This document shows, in pieces, positions 40,950 to 53,390 of a stretch of DNA of 64,000 nucleotides. Position 1 is the first letter of the stretch. Every line of letters starts with the position of its first letter. The position numbers and the translations under genes are program-made. Below the pieces are notes generated by a model. It was not told where the DNA came from and did not search any database. It was given only the letters and a program-made list of their open reading frames with translations. The stretch lies in assembly GCF_009914755.1 (NCBI RefSeq), contig NC_060937.1, one strand, 5' to 3'. The DNA comes from the human T2T-CHM13v2.0 reference genome, Homo sapiens.

Positions 40950-41125
40950 AAAAAATAGCTTTTAATGAGCACATACTCTGTGCCAGGCACTGTGCTAAAC
41001 ACTAGCACACAGCAGCACACTCAATCCTTACAATAATCTTATATAGTAGTGATATTACCCCTAATTTACAGGTGATGAAACTGTAGTGGAGTCAGAATTT
41101 GGTTCCAAACCTGCACTCCTAACCC
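40950..41125 (-). mobile_element. MIR SINE
   Basis: gagcacatactctgtgccaggcactgtgctaa...tttacaggtgatgaaactg. Confidence 0.85.
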
Positions 41126-42315
41126 CTTTGTTAAGCTCCTTTCCCCATAGGAGGCGAATTCTCTACTCTTAGGCTTTCACACTCATTTGGCTTCAAGAAG
41201 TAGTGGCTAGGTTGGCCATCCCCGATCATTGTCATATGTAATGTTTTTACCAACAATACTCTTTGATGCTAGGGCGCATCTGTGTAATCCCTTGCAAAGT
41301 TGAAAAACTGAGTTCATCAACTAGGGCAAGTAATTTCAGCTCACATGTCCTGGGAAAATAACTGGACTTGGATCTAGTTCCTGCCCTGACCATGTGGCCT
41401 TGAAAACCACTCACCTGCTCTGAGTCTGCTCTCTAGCATTCCATGTCTCCATAGTGTTGTTCAAAAATTAAAGGAGCCATTGGCGTAGAAGCACTCTATG
41501 AACTGTAAGGACTACAAAAATAAAAATTATTTCTATGTCATAAAAGAAGTTCAACTCCTTTTTTTCCGCTGAATTCACTAATTACGTAAAAGTCATGGAG
41601 ACAAGATCTTCCGTGGCTGGATTCATTCCAACAACAACAGATTCCACAAACATCCAGTAAGGTCCTCACATGAGCCAGGTGCTTTTATAGTTTATTTTCT
41701 TTTTTCAAAGACAAGAAACAATATGTTTATGACCAAGTAACTTCTGCATCTTCTCATATTTTGGCAGGTATTATACCTGCTGAGGATTAAATACCTCGAG
41801 CTGGACTTGGATAGGTCAGTTAATTGGGATTCAGACACCCTGGTTTGATTCCACAAACAACAAGTTGTCCTCCACTTCCTTGGCTCACAAATGTGCACAC
41901 ATCTGTGTGGCCCATGGGGCAAGGTCAAAGTGCTTTTTCCTGGAGGCCATTTTGTCACATGGAGTCCCTACAAGACAGTGTGGATGAGTCACAGCAGATC
42001 CATCACCCTTGTAACAAACAGCTTAAATGCATGCCCTGCTGAGCATGAGTCAGGGTAAGGGCAGACTTATAGGCAATCTCATTCCGGGCTTTCTATTTTT
42101 TTCCGTCTGGCTTCTCTTTCTGAGTTTGTTTTGCCTTTTGCTTTTTTGTAAAAAAAAAAAAAAAAAAAATTAATATCCATTTTTTGAAACTTTCTTCTCA
42201 GTGCCTTGGCTAAGAAAGAGATAGGATATGTCTTTTCAGGGAAATGTATTCAATATAAGCATGGTATTTATCCATTTATTTTAACTAAACATATACCAGA
42301 AACTTATTTTTAATA

Positions 42316-42640
42316 CTTTTTAATTGAGATATAATTATAGTGCCTTACAATTCGCTCACTTCAGTCTATGATTCAACAATTTTAAATATGTTCACAGAGT
42401 TGTACAATCATTACCACAATCAATATTAGAACATTTTTCTTGCCCCCAAAAGAAATTCTGTCCCTATTAGTGGTCACTCCTCATTTCCCCTCAACCTCCC
42501 AGTCCTGGGCAATCACTAAACTACTTTCTGTTGGTATAGATTTGCCTATTCTGGACATTTCATATAAATAGAATCATTCAATATGTGGCCTTTGGCTTCT
42601 TTCATTGGCATAATGTTTTCAAGTTCCATCCATGTTGTAG
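42316..42640 (-). mobile_element. L1M (L1MB-like) 3' end
   Basis: ttttaattgagatataatt...ttcacagagttgtacaatc...tagatttgcctattctggacatttcatataaatagaatca. Confidence 0.88.
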
Positions 42641-43119
42641 TTCTCAAAAACATCTGTGTCTTTTCAGTTAGGAACTCAAACTCATGCTGTTCCTTCCCAT
42701 AGAACTTTATCTGACTCCCTTGGAAAAAATAATAATAAATAATAAAAATATCCTGTAGCAGGTGCTATCTATACCAGGTACTATACACATAACCTTCACA
42801 ATAAGCTATAAAGGAGATATTATGTTCACTATTTTCCAAATTAAGAAACTAAGAAAGGTCATACTACTCATTAAGTCATACAGACAATATTCTAACTCAG
42901 GTCTCTGACTCTAAACCACTCTTCTCCTCTACCCCACATAGTAGGTCTGTCTTGGAAGATGAGTCATGGTTATTACCAGCATTGCCATAAACACCTACAT
43001 CACATTTCTCTGAAATCCAGCACTGGCCCATGGTTGTGGCTTTGACTTGCATCAGAGGAGTACAGAGAAGACGCTCATTCAACAGGAAAAAGCCCTCAAA
43101 CACAGACTACGCTGGAGGT

Positions 43120-43378
43120 GAGGCAGAACGCACAGTGGTCAAGACTGCAGGACTCTAGAGTCCAAAAGACCTGGCTTCAAACCCCAAACCAGTCACCCTT
43201 TAGTTGCATGTACTTTAGGTAGTTACTTTCTAATTCTTGATTTTCCCCCATATAATTGAGGAGGATAGTTTCTACCTCATAGGGCTGTTATGGGAATGAA
43301 ATAAAAGGATGAAGGCTTAGCATAGTGCCTAGCACAAAGTAAGTGCTCGACAATATTTGCAACTCTTGGTTATTATTA
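43120..43378 (+). mobile_element. MIR SINE (back-to-back with a minus-strand MIR at ~42730-42930)
   Basis: agtggtcaagactgcaggactctagagtc...ctacctcatagggctgttatg...agtgcctagcacaaagtaagtgctc. Confidence 0.85.
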
Positions 43379-43740
43379 CTGCATTAGACAAAGGTGAAAT
43401 GGCATTTTATCAGTCATCCAAGAAGCACGTTTATGGACCCTGCATGTGCACACACACACAAACACACCAGTGTAGTTTGGGGGTGAACTGCTCATCCTAT
43501 TATCATCTCTAAAGTATCCTATTCATAAGGGGAAAGGGTTTAAGTGTAAGAAAGAATAAAGCAGGAGCAGACCTACAACATGGACAAGAAGACACCCCCA
43601 AGGACCTGAGTGAATGATCTCCACGGAGCCCTGAGCTGTAAGGAAGAAGGCATCCAGGAGGACAGGTAGCCATGCTGTCACTGATTTTACAGTAGCAAGC
43701 TATGGATGGAGAAGCAGCCTTTGGAAAGTTCATTGAATTT

Positions 43741-44040
43741 GGCAGGGCTCAGTGGCTCACGCCTGTAATCCCAGCATTTTGGGAGGCCAAGGTGGGTGAA
43801 TCACAAGGTCAGGAGTTCGAGACCAGCCTGGCCAACATGGTAAAACCCCATCTCTACTAAAAGTACAAAAAATTAGCTGGGCGTAGTGGCGGGTGCCTGT
43901 AATCCCAGCTGCTCAGGAGGTTGAGGCAGGAGAATTGCTTGAACCCAGGAGGCGGAGGTTACAGTGAGCCGAGATCGCTCCACTGCACTCCAGCTCCGGT
44001 GACAGAACGAGACTCCATCTCAAAAAAAAAAAAAAAAAAA
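43741..44040 (+). mobile_element. Alu SINE, AluSg-like
   Basis: ATCACAAGGTCAGGAGTTCGAG (2-bp deletion type). TSD aaagttca(t/c)tgaat. Confidence 0.96.
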
Positions 44041-44789
44041 GTTCACTGAATCTTGCAAAAACATGACTGCCATAGCAGGAGAGTTTGCCAAATTATGCAA
44101 TTCAAAGCAAAACCTCCCTGCCCACCCCCACTGTGATGTTCAGCTTCTGGCTACACCAAAAGCAGTTGCTGGCAAGAAAATCACTTATTTAAAAAAAGGC
44201 TTTTTGGCATATGGCAAAAGGCGAGAAGTAGAAAGAGAACACTAGAGGAGTTTTTCCCTAACCTTTTATTAACATGATTTTATGGCTTTGTCAAAATGGC
44301 ATTAACCAAAGCTTAATAAAACTCATTTAAAAGCTTTTAATTGGAGAAAATAACTTCCTATGAACATTTTGGGTAAGAACTCTATCATACAGATATATGT
44401 TCATATGCACATGAAGATGTTTACTGCAATATCTTTAATCATTGTGAAAAACAACTGAAAGGTCCAAAACCAGCAGAATGGTTAAGCAGAATATGGCCCA
44501 AGCATCTAATAGCATACCGTAGAACTATTGGAGTTAATGGAGTAGGCTCATGTTTATAAAGAGTGATGTGAAAAGATGTAATTTGAAAAATATCAGTTCA
44601 TTAGATAATATATTTAGTGTTTGGTTTCTTAATAATGTTTAAAGATAGCCTGGAAGGAGACACATTCCCCTGTTTGTACAGCTTGCCCCTGGGGTGGGGC
44701 CTGGGTTGCTAATGGGTGCCAAAAGCTTCTGCTTCTTGCTACCTAAGCTTCTACAATTCAGAGCTTAAGGACATAGATATGGACTATTC

Positions 44790-45130
44790 TTCACCTTGTG
44801 CACTCATTTCTTACTGTTCCTCCTGCCTGCAGGGCCTGCTCCCTCCTCTCTCTCAGGACTTGGCTCAAATTTCAACTTCTCTGGCCATTATCTAAATTCT
44901 AACCCTTCCCTCCCTCCCTATCTCTCTTCCCCGCTTTGCTTTCTTCCTTAGCATGTGTCAATATCTAATGTTCTATATATTTTATTTATGTGTCATCTTT
45001 ATTATCTGTCTCCCTCAACAAAATGGAAACTATCAGGGCAGGGATTTTTGTTTGTTTTGTTCACTGCTATAATTCTACCCCCTGGAATAGTGTCTGGCAC
45101 ATCGTCGAGACTCAAACATTTGTCAGTCAA
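44790..45130 (+). mobile_element. L2 3' end (preceded by an L1ME-like fragment ~44350-44740)
   Basis: agggcagggatttttgtttgttttgttcactgct...ggaatagtgtctggcacat...ctcaaacatttg. Confidence 0.8.
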
Positions 45131-45523
45131 TTGACTAAGGCAGGAATGTTCCCAAAATATTTTGGTAACAAACAAATATATATGTACATGTAAGTAAATG
45201 TGTATAAAGGTCTATGTTTATGTATATGTAAATGTATATGCATTTGTGTATATGCATATTGGAATAGCTGTTGAAATTATAACCAATGTCAAAGGCAAGT
45301 ATAAAGATATTGGTGCTCCAAGACCAGAGGAGGACCCGTAAAGAGCAAGCTCCACACCTGCCTGTGCCTTCCTTACTCTTGTCCTCACTTGGGGTTACTT
45401 TTTTTCCTATGACAATAGTTCTTCAGTGAGTGCCAGTATTTATAGAACACATTAAGTTAAATTAATAAAGACAATGAAGCCATTTCAATATTTTAAGCAG
45501 TTGCTGCTTATATTAAGAGGGCA

Positions 45524-45817
45524 GGCTGGATGCAGTGGCTCATTCCTATAATGCCAGCACTGTAGGAGGCCGAGGCAAGAGGATTGCTTGAGTCTGGGAG
45601 TTGGAGACCAGTGTGGGCAACATAGAGAGACCTCATCCCTTCAAAAAAAGAAAAAATTAGCTGAGTATGGTGGTGCATGCCTGCAGTCTCAGCTACTCAG
45701 GAGGCTGAGACAGGAGGATCACTTGAACCTAGGAGGTTAAGGCTGCAGTAAGCCATGAGGGTGCCGCTGCACTCCAGCCTGGGTGATAGGGTGAGACCCT
45801 GTCTCAAAAAAAAAAAG
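45524..45817 (+). mobile_element. Alu SINE, AluJ-type
   Basis: GAGGATTGCTTGAG...GGAGGATCACTTGAACC...GGCTGCAGT...GAGACCCTGTCTC(A)n. Confidence 0.95.
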
Positions 45818-46186
45818 GCAGTTCCTGTCTTATATTAACCTCAGAATCCACTTTATTTTATTTCTGGTTACACCAGCTTAAGTAAATTTTGATTTATACA
45901 GATAAATACTTGCGAAGAGTAACTTTTAAAATAAATAGGTCAGCCTCGGGGGCCCAGGAAATGATCTAGTTCACCTGAGATGGCAAGAGAAGCGTTAGCC
46001 TAAAATTTGCAAAAAATGAGATGTGGCAGCACATGTTTGAATTAGGGCTATCTCCAGCAAATGAAATTTTACACAAAGCAAATCTATGCCAGTGTAGCTA
46101 AAAACAACTTTTTAATAGTAAAACAAAATAATTTCTTCAATAAAATGTGAACGAAATGGCTGTAGTTTATCCAAGCCACAGCAGAT

Positions 46187-46292
46187 AGAAGAGGTGTGTG
46201 TTGGGTGGGGGTGGGGGTGGGGATGGGGGTTTCTGCAGGTTTACACATTTCAGAAGCCCCATCTCCACCCCCACCCAACACACACCCCTTCT
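46187..46292. repeat. Long imperfect inverted repeat with G-quadruplex motif
   Basis: Left arm 46187-46235 and right arm 46251-46292 are reverse complements apart from a 6-nt tggggg expansion and a few mismatches. Confidence 0.9.
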
Positions 46293-46599
46293 CAAGAGAG
46301 ACGATAATGCTGCCAGGTCAAAGGGGTGGTAGCAATTGCTATCCTCTGGGTAGTTTCACAGTTTTTGCTTGATTATGGCCATTTAAGATCAGTATCAGCT
46401 ATCTCACTGTAGCCCCCTTGAACACTGCCAAGAAACATGAACTTCTATCTCTGAATTGGCTCTCAAGTAGAACTTGGTACCCTCACTGAAGCCTCTATCT
46501 TAATCACACGCTTGTTGGATTTTTCAATGCAATTATTTTTAATGAATCCATCCTTACTAATGTAGATCCCACATAATATGGTTCAACAGAGAATGAACC

Positions 46600-47080
46600 C
46601 AAAAGAAAACCCAAATTCCTTGCCTTGCTCTCCAAAACTGGGCTTTTCTGTCTTACTATTCTGTCTCTTCGCCTACCTTACCCTGTCGTGCACGTCTCCA
46701 AGCTTTCTCTCTTACCACCTGGCCTTTGCTCTCGCTGTTCCTCCTTCTTGCAGTGCTCTTTCCCTAGCTATTTTCATCATTAACTTCTCATGTTAAATGG
46801 TTTCTTCTTGAAAGGTCATCCCACTACTGCCTCATCTGTCCCACCAGGCTCTCTCTCCCACAGTGTTTTTGTTGTTGTTGCTCCTGGCATATCTCGGAGT
46901 GTTTCAATATCTTGCCTGTTGATTTCTCTACTTGGGTATTATGGGTCTCCCTTCACTAAAATTAAAGCTTTGTGATGGCAGCAACTTTGTCTTGCTTACC
47001 TCTGCATTCCCAATGCCTAGTACATAGTTAGTATTTAGTAAGTATCTGCTGAATAAATGAATGAATGAATGAATGAATGG
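46600..47080 (+). mobile_element. L2 3' end with (GAAT)n tail
   Basis: ggcctttgctctcgctgttcc...cccaatgcctagtacatag...gaataaatgaatgaatgaatgaatgaa. Confidence 0.85.
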
Positions 47081-50000
47081 AAGTACCTGTGATATGACAT
47101 AGTATAGAAAACACAAAAGATAGTGCCAAGAACCAATAATTGAGAGCACAGGGTATATACAGCCATACATGAGAGAAAGCTTCAGGGCCAACAGACACAG
47201 ACAGAAGCAATCTGGGGAACCATAAATAATCAGAAGCCGGATTTTTGTTCAGAGAATAATGGAAGAATTAGCCCCTCTATACAAATACAGGATCAATCTA
47301 GAGGCAGCTTGTACCAGGGAAGTCTTACAGCCATTAAACTAAAGTTAGGAAAAAGATTCAAATATTTGGAGAAATATTCTTAAAACTAGGCAGGCCTTTG
47401 GTCTATGGGCCTACCCATGAGTCCATGTGAACCAGGCAAAAGTCTTTGGGAAACAGCCTAGATAGAATCCAGAATTGAGTTAAACCAGAGCTCTTTTGTT
47501 TTGATCCCTCCTAAGATATGAAGGTCAACAATTGGTGCTGAGGACTAGGGTGAGCTGACGTAAGTTGGGCTAAGAGGGTGACCCCATGCAGGGAGACACT
47601 GGGAAACAGTCAGAGACCAAAGAAGAGGAGCAGACATGTGTCATCATGATGACGTTCAAAGGTGCACTGGGAAGGAGGGAATGCTATCTCCAAAGCACAC
47701 TTGTGTAATGGGCTCTTGCCCCACAACAAAACACTCTCCAGACCCCACCTAGGCCACACATTTCCACTCTCCCATCTTTGCATTTGCTCTTCCCTCTTCC
47801 TTGGAATACCTTCTCCCTGTTTTATCTGGCAAACTCTAGCTCACCCTTCACAAGCCAACTCACATGTCAACGCTGTTGTGAGCCCACACAGCACCCCACG
47901 GTATCCAAGTCTGGGTCCCTGGCCTTGCATAGCTGTGGGATCTATTCTGTCCCTGAATCAATCATGGCATTTGTGCCATAAATGAGTCTGCATGGGTGAG
48001 AGCAGTGGGAGGATCTTGCCCAGGCCATGTCTCCCCAAGCTCACTCTCGGGGCAGACAGGCTGGCACGGTGAGAAGGAGCAGTGGTCAGAGCCACACTGA
48101 GCTCATGTCTTAGTCATTGCCCTTCACGGTCAGAATGGGACAATCCCCACTGCCTGATGTTGAGGCCCAGGCCGGGTGCCCGACATGTGACAAACTGCGC
48201 TTTTTCAGGCTGAGCTCACACCACCCATTAGCTGGTCTGTGGGAGCTGCCAATGTTTGTGGAGTCTGGAGTTCCTCCTACCTGCATCTGGAGTTCAGAGT
48301 TCCCCAACACTTTGACTCAAAAACAATGCCCTCCAGTTCTTATTGCCAGAGGCATCCATCTACCCTGCGGCTTCTCTCAGTTAGCTAGTCATTCGGTCAA
48401 CACTAATGTGGAACAGGGAGTGCACAGGGCTAGACTTTGTAGGGCTGGACAGGGAAGACAGCATGCAGGAAACCTGACTCTGTGGGGCTCCAGCTCTGCA
48501 GACTCCCATCTGGGACAGTTGGTGACTGACCCAACAGTCGGCAAAAGACTCAAGCAGTCAACGGAGCCTTTCAGAGGTGAGGGAAAGGAAACACACTTCA
48601 GATTAGACAAATGAAAAAACCGAGGTAGGGAACGTTAGGAGTTGAAACATTACATAAATTACCAAAAGCCAAGGTTCCTGTTTCCCTCAGAGGCATGCTC
48701 TCTGACACATATAAATATATGGTGGTCCCATTAAAACCGTACTTGTGTGATATGTATGCCACAGATGTATTAGTGAGATTTCAGCACGTGAGGATCACAG
48801 CTAATGGGAAGTCCTCGCATTTCATAGTCTGGCAGGCCTGGGTCTAAATCCTGCTTCTTTGGCACCATTCATTGTGTGTGACCCCAAGGCAAATCACGCC
48901 ATCTCTACACATGCATTGTATCACCTGTAAAATGAGTTTATTATTAGTTTTTAGCAGGAGCAAATCTAATAATATGTGTCTTGTGGTTGGCACCATATCT
49001 CGCCCCCTGTAGACATTGAGAACAGTGTTTCTGAAATATATCCTATTAAATTTCCAAGGCTTATTGTCCCAAGCAAGGGTAAAGTTAATTCCACCTAGAC
49101 TAAAGAAGGTCATAAAGTAGAAATGCATAAATAAATCAGTAGAAATCTTCCATCAAGTGGGAAAGAGGGTGATTGGACATTAAGGGATGCTCCTTCCAGC
49201 TAGAAGGGAAGAACAAGAGGGAGGCAGGAGCAGAGGAGAGGACGGGACACTGGCCAGCCCTGGGGAGGTCCCCACATCTCTTCATCCACCAGCCCTCAAG
49301 TGAACGTTGAGAGGAGTCAGGGTGAGCAGGGTAGTAGGGAGAGACTCTACAAGTTTAGGAAATGGCCAGAGTGCTGATGTCAAGTCCTTCTTTCCTTGGG
49401 CACAATCAGAAAGACTAAAAGACTTTTGTGGAAGGCCGATTAGGATTCAGGGCAGCCAGCAGGGTGAGGGAGCAGGTAGAAATGCGTAGATCTAGGGAGG
49501 GCACGGAAGCCACCTCCTGAGCCTCACATGATAGAGGCGGGTAGGGAGAATGTGGCTGAAGGTTCCCCAGCCTCCAGAGGCCTCAGCGATGCTGCAAAGA
49601 TTAGAAGACCAGAAAGGGCAGAAGGTCAGGAATGAGAGGCTTGCAGATCCAGGGCTCTCTGGACAGAAGTGGAGACTCAGTCTATAGACACCCACAGGAG
49701 CCCTCACAGACACCTGTGCAGGATGGCCAGCCCCAGGAGGGAGGAGGACTGTCTCAGGCGAGGCCAGCAAGCACCTGGGACACACTTGAGGACTTCTCCC
49801 TGCCATCAAGGTGCTACACAGGCTTCCCTTTAGACACAGGCACCATCAGAAGAAGAGAAAGAAAAGAAGGGCAACAGAAATCCACAAAGACTACCCCAGC
49901 TTCCCCAAATAAACTATGCTAACCTGCAAGAGGCCATTAGAAATCAGAGACAGAATTACATTAAATTGGAAAATTTAAATGTTCCCTCCCTTCCTCATCT

Positions 50001-51029
50001 GCCCTTCTGCTACTGAGAAATTAGGCTTTGAGAGAAAATCAAAGCACATTTTAGTTCCTTGCAAATCTCAGTACTAATGAGTAAATTTCAATGCCCCACT
50101 ACTTGCTCAATTATTAGTATTTTTTCTATTATTCTATATAATATTGGTAATTATGATAATATTTGACCATTTTAACCCATAAAAATGGCAGTTTCCAAAG
50201 GTTCAAGTGAATAATATTAATTGCTACCTTTATGAAACCAAGGTGTAGAAAAAGGGGGGCTCCCTTCCCTCTGACACCAGAGAAACTATGTCTGAAGGTT
50301 GGGGTGGGGTCTCAAATAGGTCTGGGAGGCCAGGAGGTCAATGCTTTGGTGCGTCTCTGCCTACTTGTATCCATTTCCCCTTTTCCACCATTTCTTCATC
50401 CAAATCACCATATTCAAAAATAGGGAAATCAAGCAGTGTGCAGTGTGTTTATAAGCTTGGAGACATTTCTGACAAATGAAAAGAAGGGCTTCTTCATACA
50501 GAAAAGCCTTACTTAATAACTGTGGTACTTTTTACTGTAAGAAGTAGCTCAGGCTGGATATCGTTTGAAAACACAAAGTGAGTCACTGACAGCCGCATCC
50601 TCTGAGGCCAGTATCTCACGGTTTCCAATTTTATTTTCCACAGATTTGAAGTGTGTGAAATAAAGAAGACAATATACATATTGGCCCTTATTGGAACATG
50701 TTGCTGATCTAGAACGGAACAATTAGATGAGTCTAGGCTATTTCTGGACTCCCCATCTCCCTGTCAACTGGGAACAAGCTGGCCCGTGACTCCCTAGCTC
50801 CCCAGCAGTCATGACACAGTCTCATGGTTAGAACCGGATTCAGCAATCCTGAAACCACGTCTCTGAACAACCTCCAATGTGAGAATTCCTCCTACAGACT
50901 TCCCTTGAACAAGGACACAGTCTCAGCTTAAGCACCTCAGGCCACCGGGAGCCCACTTCTTCTCCTTCCATTGTTTAAGAATGTTATTCCTTATTTCAAA
51001 TCACAATGTGACAACACGCACTGATTAAT

Positions 51030-51260
51030 AGGATGGGTTTTGGAGCTGGAGAAATATAGAGTCTAATCCTGCCCCTCCCTGTTGCTGGCTGTGTGACCAT
51101 GGGCAAAGGCATAACCTCTTTGTGTCTCAGTTTGTTGTTTCCTAATGGGTAAAAAGGGGATCCAGTCATTACCTATTTTGGAGAGCTACGGTGAGGATTG
51201 GTTAAAGAACTGCTTGTACAGTATAGACAGGACCTAGATATAGTATCCATTCAATTAATG
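51030..51260 (+). mobile_element. MIR SINE
   Basis: ttttggagc...gctgtgtgaccatgggcaaagg...aacctctttgtgtctcagttt. Confidence 0.8.
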
Positions 51261-51415
51261 CCATACATTAATATATCATCACAGTTACTGATGGAGTTAT
51301 GCCTTCCAGGGTGACAAAGAACAAGACCAATACTCTCTTCCACTTTATATATTTAAAGACAGCAGTTATGGGTCTTCTAGCTGCACCAAGAAAGGTTCAA
51401 GTTCTGTTCTTGTAC

Positions 51416-51446
51416 CTTCTGTAACAACCTCCAGTTGTTACAGAAG
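51416..51446. repeat. Perfect 13-bp inverted repeat, 5-nt spacer
   Basis: cttctgtaacaac-ctcca-gttgttacagaag. Confidence 0.95.
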
Positions 51447-51817
51447 CAACCCTCCAAGCCCAGATGACCTACCTTTGTCTTGAGTAGGACAGTTCTGAGG
51501 TCCAGTTCTCCTGTAACTTGGAGGACATTTTTTGGCAGCTCCCTGCCTCTTCAAAGCCCATTCTATCCTTGCTTCTCTCTCATCTCTTACAGTTTCCTGA
51601 CCCTCACCCAGTGCATGCCTGGCCTATCATTAGCTAGAATTAGATACCTTTGGTTTGATGGTGTTTATAGCCATCCATAGGCATACAGATATCAAAGGGC
51701 AGTGGAGTGTGGCAGGTGCACAGGGATTGACTTTGGTGAGTAACCAGGGGAAACCTAGAAATGCCTATTGGGGTAGTTGGAATCAACATCACAAAGTCCA
51801 TCAAAATGTCTCACCTG

Positions 51818-52188
<371 letters not shown>

Positions 52189-52944
52189 CTAACCTTGTCC
52201 CTTATCTTTGAAGACGGGTTTAACGCAGGTTTTATAGCCAAGCTGGGTCAGTGGCCAGTGCCCAGGGAAGCTTGGCCAGTTCTTGAAAAGGCCCAGGGCT
52301 CTGTGAAAAGACCACAGCCTCTGCTTCTGAACTGGGACCACACAGGTTTGCCTGGGGGTCTCCAGTATGGTGCTGACCATGTAGCCACAGACGACTTCAA
52401 GCTACTCCATGATGAAACCCCAGGCTCTGCCTGTTCAGAGTGGGATGAATGAGGAGCAACTTCGCGGGAGCAGGAGGAGCTGTCAGGAGTCAGAGTATGC
52501 CGTCATCATCACACACCTCCCTGGCTTCAACAATGCTATTAAAACTCACACATTTCCCCTGTCTGTGTGTATGCGTTGCAATGTAAGTCAAGCAGCAAGA
52601 TTTTATCTCTGTATCAAGATAATTTATTAACAAGGACAGTGCTGGAACCCTGGCATGATACTTTGAAATGCCAGCTGTGGCTGCGGGCCAATTTAACCAC
52701 AGTCTGGAAGCTCGATTTAAAGAAATCCATCTATGGCTTATATAGGTAAGTTTATATTATTCTCCTTCTGCATCATAGCCCTTAGGACAAAGTGCATGTG
52801 AAGAGAGCTGGTGAAGGGCAGACTGCTACAAACTAGTTGTCGAGTGGTTCAGGAAGGAGACCAGAACTCAAAAACAAATCCCAGGGAATGATTTCTAGTT
52901 AGTCATCCTTTGCGGACTGACTTTAGAAATTATGCAAGGGGTGG

Positions 52945-53390
52945 AAGACGAAGCCTGAGGGTGTTACAAGATGTGGTCCCTGCCTCACTTCATCTTGCCT
53001 CCCCTTGCTTCCTCTTGTGCACCCAAAACACTGGCCTTCTGCCTGTGCCTTCAGCTCCCCAGCTCTTCCCTACCTCAGGACCTTTGCACTTGCCAGTCCC
53101 TGCTGGAATGTTCTTTCCTCACCTCGGCTTAACTGTCACCTCCTCAGAAATACTTTCCTTGACTACATTATATAAAGTAAACTTTATGCCCTAGTTTCTC
53201 TCTCTCTCTCTCTCTCATCCTCTTGTTTCATTCCTTCACAGCACTCCTCTAATTTGAAATTAGGTTGTTTATTTATTTGTTTATTATCTCTCCTGACTAG
53301 AATGTAAATGCCGTAAAAGAAGAAATCCGGTTTTACATCCCAGTGCCTTATACATAGAAAGCACTCAATAAACATTGAATGAATGAATGA
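52945..53390 (+). mobile_element. L2 3' end
   Basis: cctcaggacctttgcacttgc...tggaatgttctttcc...gtcacctcctcagaaa...ctcaataaacattgaatgaatgaatga. Confidence 0.85.

Noticed and set aside
48995-49016. CTCF-like matches (ctacagggggcg here; actagaaggcgcta near 5480)
   Set aside because: Mismatches at high-information core positions; cannot be supported without a PWM score or ChIP data.
52195-52749. Protein-looking ORFs (52195-52452; 52567-52749 ending at a TAG|GTAAGT donor)
   Set aside because: No recognisable homology, no ATG start, no consistent exon chain, and lengths within chance expectation.
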